A stretch of 64,000 nt of DNA from Eledone cirrhosa (lineage: Eukaryota): assembly GCA_964016885.1 (NCBI GenBank), contig OZ024740.1, forward strand, positions 370,326,001-370,390,000. Direction: 5' to 3'. The notes below the pieces were generated by a model. The model was not told where the DNA came from and ran no database searches. It saw nothing but the letters and a program-made list of their open reading frames with translations. This document shows, in pieces, positions 25,965 through 38,597 of the stretch. Both the position numbers and the translations under genes were made by a program. Every line of letters starts with the position of its first letter. Positions within the stretch are counted from its first letter, which is position 1.

Positions 25965-28940
25965 ACAGACGCTGCATGCCAGCACCATAGGAGGACCCTC
26001 TCCGTCTGGAAGTGTAACAGTAATGCCCTTCCTCACATCCCGCTTTACTTTCTCGTATGCGATTCGAGATGCCTCAAAGGCAACTTTTCCCTCATATACA
26101 GTCTTTCTCCATTTATTACGATCAGCAGCAATATTTTCCCATGTATCAGCAGAGATGTCTTTCAAGGAAGCTTTCAAGGAATCTTTATACCTCTTTTTTG
26201 GTTTATGTGGCGGTCGTTTTCCTTTAACCAACTCTCCATAAAAGAGTTGTTTTGGTATTCTAGAATCCTTCATTCTGGCAAGGTGACCACTCCAACGGAG
26301 TCGTTGCTTAAGCACAAGAGCTTCTATACTGTCACACATAGAGCTTTCCAAAATCTCGACATCACTGATGTGGTACCTCCAGTGAACGCCATGGATCCGT
26401 CTGAGACACATCTGATGGAAACGCTCCAATTGCTTAAGGTGGTGTCGATATGTGACCCAGGTCTCGTAGGCATAAAGAAGACAAGAGAGCACACATGCCT
26501 TGTACACCTTTACCTTTGTCCTCCTGCATATGTCTCGCCGGCCCCAGAGTCGCCTTTCTAGCTTTCCGAAAGCATCACTTGCTTTCCTAATCTAAGTGAG
26601 ATTTCACCGTCAAGGTTGCTGTATCGATTGACAGTGCTTCCCAGGTAGACAAACTGATCAACCACTCCAAGTCGTTTACCATACACATAGATATTTGGTT
26701 CAGTGTACTGCTTACCAGGGTAGATTGGTACATGACGACGGTTTTCTTGAGACTGACAGTCAATCCTAGGACAGTGCAAGCGTCAGAAAATGCATTCAAA
26801 ATGTGCTGCATATCACTCTCTGTGTGCGCTAAAAGATCGCAATCATCTGCATACAAGAGCTCTCTTATGATTGATATAAATACTTTTCTCTTTGCAGCAA
26901 AGCGCCTGATGGTAAATATGCTGCCTGAGGTTCGATATCGGATGTAAACACCATGCTCGCAATTCCTGAATGCAATACAGAAAACCATTGCAAAGTATAT
27001 GGCAAACAGGGTCGGTGCTGGAATATCCCTCTGTTTCACTCCATTTTTTACTGAGATAGGCTCCGACATGTTACCTCCGACATTAATCTAAGCCCTCATG
27101 TCGTCATGGAAAGACCTAACTAAAGCAAGGAACCTATCAGGGCAACCAAGTTTCTGGAGAACCTTCCATAATGCATCTCTGTTAACAGTATCGAAAGCTT
27201 TTGTCAGATCGACAAAAACCTGATACAGATCCAAACCTTGTTCCATGCACTTCTCCTGGAGTTGTCTAGCTGAGAAGATCATATCAGTAGTGCCGCGTCC
27301 AGCACGCAAACCAGATTGACTTTCAGGAAGAACACAATCTGCAATGTGTGTCAGCAGACGGTCCAGAAGCACCCTACATAAAACTTTCCCTACGACAGAA
27401 AGCAATGATATACCTCTGTAGTTCCCACAATCATTCCTGTTACCCTTTCCCTTGTACAAGACCACCATTACTGCAGTCCACCATCTGGAGACCTTCCACT
27501 GTTCAGCTTCGAGATAGCCACTGCAACCTCCACAAGCGTCGGACGTTCTGCGAGAGCTACTTTCACAGGACTTTCTGGAATGAGATTGAGGAAATCTTCA
27601 CTGACGACAGACGGCTGATTCAAAAGATCATCAAAGTTCTCTCGCTACCTTCGTAGAATTCCTTGTGAGTCACGAAGAAGTTCTTTGCCATCCTTGATGC
27701 GAGGCGGTGTCACAAGGGAAGAAGACGGTCCATAAACCTCACGCAAGAGACTGTACAACAGCTTTGTGTTATTGGAATCTGACGCAGTTTGTATCTCACC
27801 AGCCTTCTCACTCCATCACTGATCCTTCATCTGAGAAAGACTCCGCCTAACACGTGATTTGACATGCTTGAGTTCCTCATGCAACGTATTCCTCTCTTGT
27901 GGTTTTGCCGTCAAGTAGCGTGACAGAGCACGCCTCTTATCAGCCAAAAAGTCTTCTATATGTACATCATTCTCATTAAACCAGTCCTGATGTTTTCTCA
28001 GCACCAATCCCAGAACACGCCTGCCTACATCATAAACCGACTTTTTAAGGGTCGGCCAATCCTCACCAAGATCTGCAGCCTGCATCTCTTCTTCCAATGT
28101 CCTCTTCACATTGTTATCCTTAAGACGAGCAGCATTCAATCTTTTGGGCAGGGCAACACCAGGAGCCCGGATTTTACGTTTATTGATTAGTTTCACTTTT
28201 GCGCGTACCAGGCAGTGGTCCGTCCAGCACTCAGCTCCGCGAAGAGCACGAACACACTGCACATCCTGTCTTTCACGCATCCTGACTAGGACGTAGGCCA
28301 AAAGATGCCATTCCTTAGATGCAGGATGCATCCATGAATTTGTTCTTTTGTTGGAACATGGTGTTGGTAACACACAGATCCAGCTCCTCACACATCTGCA
28401 ACAGGAGCATACCATTGCTGTTACACTTTCCCACCTCATGCCTTCCGATTACATTCCATGTGTTAAAATCCCTACCCACTCTAGCATTAAAGTCACCAAG
28501 CACGATGACTTTGTCTGCCCGAGGGATATTTTTTAAAACACCTTTCAAGGCATGGTAAAAGGACACTTTTTCTTCATCGACAGAATTCATAGTTGGAGCA
28601 TACACACTCACCAGGGTCGCATATCTTCCTTTGTCCAGCGGAATTCTCATGGACATAAAACGCTCACTAATCCCTACTGGGAATTTTTCTAATTTATTAA
28701 CAAGAACAGTCTTAACAGCAAATCCTACCCAGCCTCTCTTCTGGTTCCTTCATCTCTTCCTTTCCAGAAGAATGTATATTCTCCACAAAATTCTGTAAGA
28801 TGACCATCTCGTCTCAGATAAAGCCACGATGTCAAGATCGTAACGTCGAAGCTCCTTTGCAACAAGAGCGGTCCTTCGTTCAGGACGCTCCAAGGAATCC
28901 CTGTCAAGCAGCGTCCGTACGTTGCAGCAGCCAAGACTAA
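25965..28940 (-). mobile_element. Decayed RTE-clade LINE (APE endonuclease plus RT)
   Basis: VSVYAPT, LGDFNARVG, TDH, YRGISLL, FVDLTKAFD, LLYADD, LRWSGH..RIPKQLFYGEL in ORFs 25905-28934. Confidence 0.95.
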
Positions 28941-29125
28941 ATGCCTTGTTTGGATCTATTACAATGGCACGATGACGAGCGGGCCCAGGCTGTGATAACC
29001 TGGGGCCCCTGCCCTTATTGCCAATTTTTTTTTTTTGTTCCAGAACCTAAATTGCCAATTATCTCTTTTATATTCTTCTGGAACATCATTGAATTGGAAA
29101 AAAAAAAAGTAATAGTAATAGTAAC

Positions 29126-29172
<47 letters not shown>

Positions 29173-29175
29173 ACT

Positions 29176-30280
29176 TAGGAAGCTATTGACTATCTACAAC
29201 ATAGGAAGCTATTGACTATCTACAACATGTTCCACAAGAGGAGTGATGTCGATAGACTCTACTTAAGGAGATCTGAAGGTGGAAGAGGTCTTATCAGCAT
29301 AGAGGACTGTGTTCAGATGGAAAAAAACAACCTACACACATACGTGACTGATAGTAAGGAGCCAATGCTCAGAACTGTACTGAAGGAGGGGACAATAAGC
29401 CAGAGGATGTCCAAGGAAGAAATAACATCAAGGAGAAAGAGCAGCCTTCAGGAAAAATCCCTTCATAGTACCTTCTTTGAGAAAACTGAATTTAGAGATC
29501 CACAGACATGGAACTGGTTGAAAAGAGGAGACCTTAAAAAGGCTACAGAAGGAATGTCAATGGCTGCGCAGGAGCAGGCCCTCAAAGCGAAGTGGTTGAA
29601 ACACCATATTTACAAGGAGGAGGCTAGCCCACTGTGCAGGATCTGTGGAGAGAGAGAGGAGACTGTGGCTCACATTGTATCCGAGTGTAAACACCTAGCC
29701 TAGACTCACTATAAGGGCTGGAGACATGGTGTGATGGGCAGGGTGATCCACTGGCACTTATGCAAAGTAAACAATTTACCACATTCTGAGAAGTGGTATG
29801 AGCATAAGCCAGAGGCGGTGATAGAAAACGATCAGGTGAAGGTGCTGTGGGATTTTAGGATACAGACGGACAAGAAACTGGAACACAATAGACCTGACCT
29901 GGTGGTTGTGGACAAAGGCAAAAGATCGTGCCTGATTGTGGATGTGGCCTGCCCATTCGACACGAGAGTGCAAGAGAAGGAGAGGGAGAAAATTAACCGA
30001 TACCAGGACTTAAAGTGGGAGGTAAAAAGGATTTGGAACTACCATGAAGTCAAAGTGATCCCGATTGTCATAGGCGCACTAGGGACTATCTCAAAAAGTT
30101 TCCAGGGATGGTTAAAGAAAATTGGCCCCTTCACGCTTTTTGGAACGCTTCAAAAGGCATGCTTGCTGGGAACAACAAGAACCCTCCGATCCGTCCTGAA
30201 TATCTGAGGCTGCAGGTAGTGGGTTGATATTCATTTATATAACATCAATGACTGAGACTCAAAGAGTAATAACAATAATA
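29176..30280 (+). mobile_element. 5'-truncated R4/Dong-clade LINE, lineage B, inserted in (TAA)n
   Basis: RSEGGRGL, CRICGEREETVAHIVSEC zinc knuckle, HNRPD..DVACP..KINRY RLE. (TAA)n on both sides. Confidence 0.93.
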
Positions 30281-30302
30281 ATACACTATTAATAATTATT
30301 AA

Positions 30303-30582
30303 TGCACTCGTGCAATGCCTGTGCGTGACGAATATTTTTAAAGTGAGGAAAGACTGTGCACTGAGCCAATCCCACTCTCTGAGCGACAGTAGCTATAACC
30401 CGAAAAGAAGAAAAGATCAACATCGTCGGTAACTACTGAGCCGCAGGTTTTATGTCGGAGTTAACCTAGTTTCCTGAGATGCCTTCTCCTAGAAGAATGC
30501 CCTGACAAGGGCTAGGGGTTCTTCACTCCCAGTGGTTTAACTGCGCGATCGGGCATCCAGCCCGATTATTTCTGTCCCCGCG
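30303..30582 (-). mobile_element. RTE 5'UTR-like segment, diverged homologue of 14930-15140
   Basis: Minus strand cactgggag...tagcccttgtcagggca...ctaggagaaggc...gatgttgatc...gagagtgggattggct...gcacaggcattgc is colinear with the 14739 element. Confidence 0.65.
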
Positions 30583-30705
30583 CAAAAAAAAAAAAAAAAT
30601 CTCACTTATTGACTCTTATACGTACGTCATACTAACACGCGCATACATACGCGCGCACACAGCAACACTCATACTTACACACAAACACACACACGCTACC
30701 CACTT

Positions 30706-30763
<58 letters not shown>

Positions 30764-30869
30764 CCGTCATTACTGATACAAGATTACAAGATTATGTCAA
30801 CTGTTGACTTTCAAGAGTTCGTATAGTTGAAGCCGTTCGTATTACAGTCCAGTATTATTATAATTGCTT

Positions 30870-31022
30870 TACAGCATAGAACTATGGCTCTCCACGCTCT
30901 GAGCTTAAATCCCGCCGAGGTCCACCTTGCTTTTCATCCCCACGGAGTCAACAAAAGAGAATACCAGTAATGCGCTGGACCGTCGCTGGATCCGTGCCAA
31001 AAGCAGAAAAATTATTATTATT
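30870..31022 (+). mobile_element. Degenerate Meta-domain-type SINE
   Basis: aaatcccgccgagg...cttttcatcc...taccagtaatgc...gtgccaaaagcagaaa. Confidence 0.7.
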
Positions 31023-31329
31023 AAAGTTGTTTTTTTAAGGCCCGGTCGCCAGTGATGGTGATGGCGGCGGCGGCGGTGGTGGTGGTGGTGGTGGCAGTTG
31101 ATGTTGTTGTTGTGGTGTGTGCGTGTGTGTGTGTGTTTTGTTATTTTGAGTTTTTTTGTTTGTTTGTGTTTTTGTTTTTTTTTATCGTTTGATGCTGATG
31201 TTGTTGTGTTGTAAATGTTCATTTCAATTCATTCTGAAGCTGTTGTTGCTGTAAACATTAGTGCCGGTGTTGTTGTAGATGTTGGCGTTGAAATCTGGTC
31301 GTTTGACTGAGCGATGTATATACACACAT

Positions 31330-31405
<76 letters not shown>

Positions 31406-31810
31406 TCAACACAGAGTAGAGAGTTTGACAACAGGTCGATGACTTTAGTCTAGATAGGGTAATGACATGTGATGGTGGGGAGAGAGTGTAGACGTTATTG
31501 TGGTGGCGGGGGACAGTGTGATGTATCTAGTTCATTTGTCCGTTTTCTTCTCTTTGCAAAATTTGAATTTTAGCCATGTTATATTGAGATGTAAGTAAAT
31601 GTAAAATGTAAAATATAAATAAGGATTGCTCTGGTAAAATATACTAAAATATTTGTGTAACTTCCACAAACTTCTGTCGTGACATTCCCGAGCCCAGTGA
31701 CCCAAAAATTGTTGTATTTTGATGTTTCGGAATACAAAAATTAATTAAAAACTTACCCCACGAAAAGACAGCGTGTGTTGTCCTATCTATAAGCTCCCTC
31801 ATACATACAT

Positions 31811-34305
31811 AAGAAAACACCAGGAAGAGACATGATTGTCGGCTACCTGGTACAAAAAGCTGATATTCTATCGGAGGTAACTTACTGACCTCTACAAACA
31901 AGTTCTTAAGGGAGATACACTTATACCAGAATGTTTGACATTAGCACAAACATTGCTGGTCCCCAAGAACAAAGACACCCACTTGGCAAAAAAACTACCT
32001 ACCCATTGCATGCCAGAACCTGATGTATAAGATGAATACAGCCTGTCTGAACCTATTCCTCCAAGATCACTGTGAAAATAATAACATCATCACAGATGAA
32101 CAAGCAGCTGGAAAGAAAGGGGTTTGGGGATGTGCTGAACAACTCCTAATCAACAAAACTGCGATGTCGGAGGTGCGACAACTTAGGCGGAATATGACTA
32201 CAGTCTGGCTGGACTACAGGAAAGCTTTCGATTCTGTTCCCCACTCTTGGGTGGTAGAGGCCCTCCAACTTGCTAAAGTCCCAGACATTATTGTCAGAAC
32301 CATAGAGAGAATGTCTTCTTCTTGGGCTACTATCCTAAGGTTAAAGGCAGAGAGGGAGGACTCTATTTTCACTGATAAAATAAAATATTGCAGGGGTATA
32401 TTTCAGGGGGACAGTCTCTCTGTGATATTATTCATCTTGTCATTAAACCCCTTGTCCTTTCTGCTCAAGAAATGTGAGGGATACATCATTGGCTCACAGG
32501 AGGACAGAAATACGAACCTAACGCATAATTTCTTTGTGGACGATCTGAAACACTATGCCAAGAACATGGATGGATGAAGAAAAATCTTGACCTGGTTACA
32601 ACGTTCTCAAAGGATATAGGAATGGAGTTTAGCCAAGATAAATGCTCATACATGACTGTAAAGCGGGAAAAACAACAGCCCAATCTAGCAACATTGTCAT
32701 CAATGGCCTAACTGTTTCACCGATATCTGATGAGGACTGCTACAGATACCTGGGGATAGATGACAACATATCCTATAATGGCATATGTAATAAAGAACGC
32801 GTAACCAGGTAATACTACACCTGATTAGGAAAGATCAGGTCATCGGAACTCTCTGCGCAAAACAAAACAGTGGCTCACAATGTGATTTCTGTGCCTGTCC
32901 TAACACCAACGTTTGGAATACTCAATTGGACGATAGACGAAATCCGAGCAGTTGGTGTTGGAACTCGAAAAATACTGGACAACACACGGAAACTTCCACA
33001 TCAACAGTGAAATAGACCGCCTTTACTTGAAACGTAAGCAGGGAGGCAGAGGCCTAACATCAGTCCAGACAACATTTGAATGTCGCATCATATCTCTCCG
33101 ACACCATCTACGAACCTCGAAGCGTAGGAGCCCGTTTCTCGAGCAAGTCTATCTGCATGAAACAGATAAGATCATGAGAGTTGGGAAGGAACTCCTTGAG
33201 AGATATTCCCTGTGTGATAATCAAAAACTCACCCCCAGGGATGTCACTCAGCAGTATCGCAGTGAAGCCATGGATGAAAAACTGCATGCCTATCAGCAAA
33301 AAAATCATGCATGGATATGTTGCCAGGAAGCTCCAGTGTGAGAGTAATATAGATAAGGAAAGTAGTCTATCTTAGACCAACAACCGCTATATTGGCTCTC
33401 ACTTTGAGGATACGCTTTCGCAATCCAGAAACAGGAGATTAGCACGAAATACCTGATTCACAAAAGAGATAGGGATGCAGGCAAAACACCTAAATGTGAT
33501 AACAAGTGCAGACTCTGCAGAACTATCATCGAGGGTATCAACCATGTCATCAGCAGCTGTCCAAAGATGTCATCGCAGTACTATCTATCTATGAGGCATG
33601 ATGTAGTGGCCAAAACACTGTACAATGCAGTTCGTAAAAAAGATAGCCCCGATAATAAACACATTAAAAGCTACAACAATGTACATAATATGAAAGAGTA
33701 CTGGTGGAATGTTGCAGTAAAAACCCCAATAAAATGCACGCATAACAGACCAGATATTATGATATGGGACAGGGAGAAGAAAACATGCACAGTAGTGGAC
33801 ATTAGCTGCCCAGCAGATGCCAATATAATATCAGTGAAAAGGAGAATATTTATGCAGAACCGATGAGAAATCTGCAGATAATCCACCCTGATTACACCTT
33901 CAGATATATGCCTGTGATTATTTGGGCACTGGGATATGTCAGTAACTGCATCAATACAAATCTTTGAAGCTAGGCTTCACAGGAACAGAAAGAACACAAC
34001 TAGTTAGGAAATTACAAGTACAATCCATTAATGGAACAGTAAAAATATGTAAAACATTCCAAAAATTTTGCATCTAATAACTGCATATACACATGTACAG
34101 ATACAAAGCATACACACAGGCACACATACAACTCAAAATATACACATTCACACATACAATAACATCCATGTCTACACATGCATGCATACATACATATCTA
34201 CGTAGTTGATGTTGTGTAAATTCCAATGAGAGAGTCTTGTGTCTATGTTAGAAACCGACTCTCTCTCTATTGGTAAAACTTTGTGAAATCATAAAACCAG
34301 AAGAA
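31811..34305 (+). mobile_element. 5'-truncated R4/Dong-clade LINE, lineage A, with (CATA)n tail to 34400
   Basis: WLDYRKAFDSVPH, GIFQGDSLS, FFVDDLK, RKQGGRGL, RHD, HNRPD..DISCP. 3'UTR hairpin ccaatgagagagtc...gactctctctattgg. Confidence 0.93.
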
Positions 34306-34371
34306 CATACATACATACATACATACATACATACATACATACATACATACATACATACATACATACATACA

Positions 34372-34400
<29 letters not shown>

Positions 34401-34402
<2 letters not shown>

Positions 34403-34882
34403 GAAAGAGTACTGGTGGAATTTTCCAGTAAAAAAAAAAATAAAATGCAGTTATAACAGACCAGATGGAATGATATGGGACAGGGAAAAGAAGGCATACA
34501 CTGTAGTGGAGGTTAGCTGCCCAGCAGATACCAATATAATATCAAAGATTAGCGAAAAGTAGAATATCTATGCAGAACTAATGAGAAATCTGCAGTGATT
34601 CCGACCTGGCTCTACCTTCAGATTTATGCCTCTGATTATTGGGGCACTGGGATATGTTAGTAACTGCCTCAATAAAAATCTTGAGAAGTTGGGCTTCACA
34701 GAAACAGAAGAAGACGACTAGTTAGGAAATTACAAGTACAATCCATTAATGGAACAGTAAAAATATGTAAAACATTCTAAAAGTTCTGCATTTAATAACT
34801 GCACACTCACTTGTACAGATACAAAGCATATGCACAAGCACATATACAACTCGAAACATACATATTCATACATCCAATAACA
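34401..34882 (+). mobile_element. Second lineage A fragment directly after the (CATA)n tail of the first
   Basis: Colinear with 33690-34165. Confidence 0.9.
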
Positions 34883-35252
34883 TTAAAAGGATTAACGGAT
34901 TAATGATTATTTAGATCAAACTTACGCATTTTTATCACTATTGTACTTAAACGTCGTAATTGGAAAGATACATAGGATTTTGAGTGCTTGAACCTAATCC
35001 CAACATTATTTTTTGATTGGAGCTTTGTATACACAACTCTAGCTAGTCAACATCGCATAACACAAACATACACATACACACACCCGCACATACGAAAACA
35101 TATATATGTCTATATACGTGTGTGTGTGTGTATCATGTTCTCTCTCCCTTGCCCTTTACCATTCTCAGTAACCCCTTGCATTTTATTGGCCTAATTTCCA
35201 TTTTGGGGAGTGAGACAAACACTCACACACGCACGCACACACACCCACACAC

Positions 35253-35333
<81 letters not shown>

Positions 35334-36729
35334 ATATTTATATCATCGTAATAAGCGTCGATTGCTATTCTGATCTGTAGTCTTCTAGGCCTGTGATATT
35401 AATACATACACACAGATACATTCATGTTGGTTCTGTGTTTCTTTTAAATCATAGTTCTTGTCAAATTTGTAGACTTCAAAATGGGGAAAATGTCATCAGG
35501 TTCTGGTGTTCATGGTGCCCAATTGTAGGGGCATATGTTTAAATGAATTCTGGCTAGACGACACTCGATAATGCTATTAACACATTTTAAGTTTGTAACT
35601 CTTGTTCAGGCAAGGAAATGTGTTCACCCCAAGAAGTCAAACTCTAGAGATGTTCGTATCATCAAATATATCGTCTTACATTTTCCTGTGAGTTTATGCA
35701 AAATACTAAGCCTACACTGTTTCTAATAGGTACAGATTGACATTGGATAAGAAATAAGAAACGCCTGCCTTAAGAGTAATGAGCCCAGTTATTCTTTCTA
35801 ATTAATCGACATTTAAAGCACCAATTATAATCACGACTATAATTGGTGCTTTAAATATCTATTTTCCTTGTTAAAGTTTGCTGGGTGGTTTTAAAGTTTA
35901 GGCCATGACTATATATATATGTTTGTATTTTTAAGGTGAATATGCTTCACCGATGAGATCTGAGACTACGTGTGCTGCATTGACCAACCGAGTTGTCTTC
36001 CATGGCAAGTTCACCTCTTAGATTCACTGTTTATATTTCAGAACAAAACTGGATCAACTGGTATTATTGTGCTTGTGGTTTTATCTGTTCTAGTATATTG
36101 TATTCAACCCTAAAAAATTGTTTCTTCTAATTGCATAACCAGTCTGTTTTTTTTATTTTTTGAATACAACAGATATAAAAATCACTCGATAGAATGAGCT
36201 TTTTATGTTATTAAAATATAAAGAAATGAGTATTGCTCTCGTCAATTTTTATCAGGTCTTAGTGAAGTTAGTGTGAAAGAAGCACTTGACCTAGTAGCGT
36301 AGTGAATACTACGTTAGGTAATATTTCGTTGTCTCCTAGAGAAAAATAACAAACTATTTCATAGCTCAGTACAGATATATAAGCAACTACTTAATGCGAT
36401 TGACATGTGTGATAAGACTGTTGCCTAGGTGTTAACATTTTAATTTATTAACTTCTTAAGTGATATCAGAATGTTATAGTTTTGAAAGTTTTGAAGTTGT
36501 TAAACAATCTAAATAATATCCTCATAAATATAAGTAATCAATTATTTCTTAAATGGTAACATTTTCTGTTAAAAGTTGTATACTATGAGGAAATATTTCT
36601 ATAGGAAATTGATATTAGGTTATCAAGAAAGGTATTGGTCTTACTCAAGCAGCCTTCTGTCATTTAATACCACTCCCACATATGTATATTGTACAATCAA
36701 TATACGAAATATATCTAACCCAGCACAAT

Positions 36730-36930
36730 AATAATAATGGTTTTTGATATAGGCACGAGGCCAACAATTTTATGGAGTGGAAAGTCGATGACATCGACTC
36801 CAGTGTGTTACTGGTATCTCTTTATCGACCCAGTAAGGATGAAAGGCAAGGCTAACCGTGGCGGGATTTGAAGTCAGAATGTAAAGGGCCGTAACTCTAT
36901 GCTGTGAAGCATGATATCCCACACTCTAGG
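36730..36930 (-). mobile_element. Older Meta-domain-type SINE copy
   Basis: ttatcgacccagtaaggatgaaaggcaagg...ggcgggatttgaagtcagaa. Confidence 0.75.
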
Positions 36931-37679
36931 GAAAATAATAATAAACCATATTTTTATTTCACATATTGGTGAAATAATACCAAATCAAACAAATACAAAG
37001 TGTTCATATTCTTTTCTTCTCTGTGCGTAATTAGATATATCCATTATTGGGTTTTAGTTGTCTAGATTCGAGTAGAAAGAAATGATACTGGAATAGCTTA
37101 TCTCCAATCTTGGACTCATCTTTATTTATTTTTATATCTACATGTCCGTTTGTCTGAATTTGGGAAACATCATGCTGTTGGGGAGAAACAAACTGATAAA
37201 AGAAAGCTAAGAAAGTGAGTGATATGCGTTCAAACATCCATCTCTCTCCTGCGTTCAACATATTAGCCTTCCCCACCTCTATCGGCAACAGCACGTGAGA
37301 CCATGCAGTCTTTATATTTAGACTATATAAAGAGAGAGAGAGAGAGAGTAGAATTGGAAAAAAACACGGAAAATATATTCAAAGAATCTGTTTTCTTTTT
37401 TTTTTCTTCTTTGATCCGTCAAAGATTGAAAAATAAGAAGAACAATTTTTTTTTAAAGAGTTTTATAATGTATATACAATATATAATATATATATATATA
37501 CACACATGCGTCTATGTGTGCAAATGTATCGGTCAGTCTGTATACGTGTGCTTCGTCCTTATGAATAATCTAATGGAGGGCGATTACATATTTAATTTTA
37601 GTTTAAATTTGTTAAGAAATAGTTCTTTATTTATTCTTTGTTGTTGTGTGAAAGAATTTAAGCACAACAAATACCACGA

Positions 37680-38380
37680 AAAAACAGGAAACTACAAAGA
37701 AATTAAAACAATAGGCAATCTCATATCATTACTACAAAATATCGCAATAGCCTAACCACAAAATAATTTGAATACATAAGCTATTTCAAATGCAAAACAA
37801 GTACTTTTTACGGCCCACCGAAGATCCACAAATGTAAACTCATAAACGATGTCTGTGACACTTCGACTAAAAAATATATACAATTAACACCACCACAAGA
37901 TTTAAAACTGAGACCAATTATAGCAGGCCTTGCGTGTGAAACCCACAGACTTAGCAATTTCCTGGACATCCTACTAAAGCCCTTCCTAAAACATATACAG
38001 AGTTACATACGGGATGACCTTGATATCCTGAACCCCCTACCTAAAACAGTAAGTGAAGACACAATTCTGGTTTCTTTGACGTAGTAAATCTATACACTAA
38101 CATACCCAATGACTATGGAATAACAGTAGACACACACCAATCTGAAATACCAACACGCATCAAGAAATACTTTATTATTGACGGACTCCGATTTATTTTA
38201 TAGAATAATTATTTTACTTTCAATGCTTCAAAATACACACAGATCTCAGGTACTATATGCGCCACAGTATCAGACCCAACTAAACGGGAACAAAGTCTAA
38301 ATGAACTAAAAAACACACTTACCTTAAGAGCCGTCCCACTTGACATAATAAATAACGGAATAGACAGAGCAAAACACGTA
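37680..38380 (+). mobile_element. Penelope-like element RT fragment (internally deleted)
   Basis: FYGPPKIHK, LKLRPIIAGLACETHRLSNFLDILLKPF, SYIRDDLD and FDVVNLYTNIP read across frameshifts. Confidence 0.85.
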
Positions 38381-38514
38381 AATTTTCCTATTCATTTCCG
38401 TTAGTTTTGGGGTTGTTGTTTCTAAAAGATAATTAGAATTTAATGCAGTGAGTCCTTATTCACGTTGCTGAACATATATTTTACACTGTCATATATATAT
38501 ATGACAGTGTAAAA

Positions 38515-38597
<83 letters not shown>

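Noticed and set aside
28981-29008. GC-rich hairpin gggcccagg...cctggggccc as a terminator
   Set aside because: Eukaryotic repeat context. It is more likely a small DNA-transposon remnant and cannot be classified.
35470-35505. Minus-strand CTGATGA motif
   Set aside because: There is no stem II, and GAAG replaces GAAA.
37031-37294. 87-aa minus ORF or plus-strand exon ending at gtgagt
   Set aside because: No recognisable homology and weak splice context.
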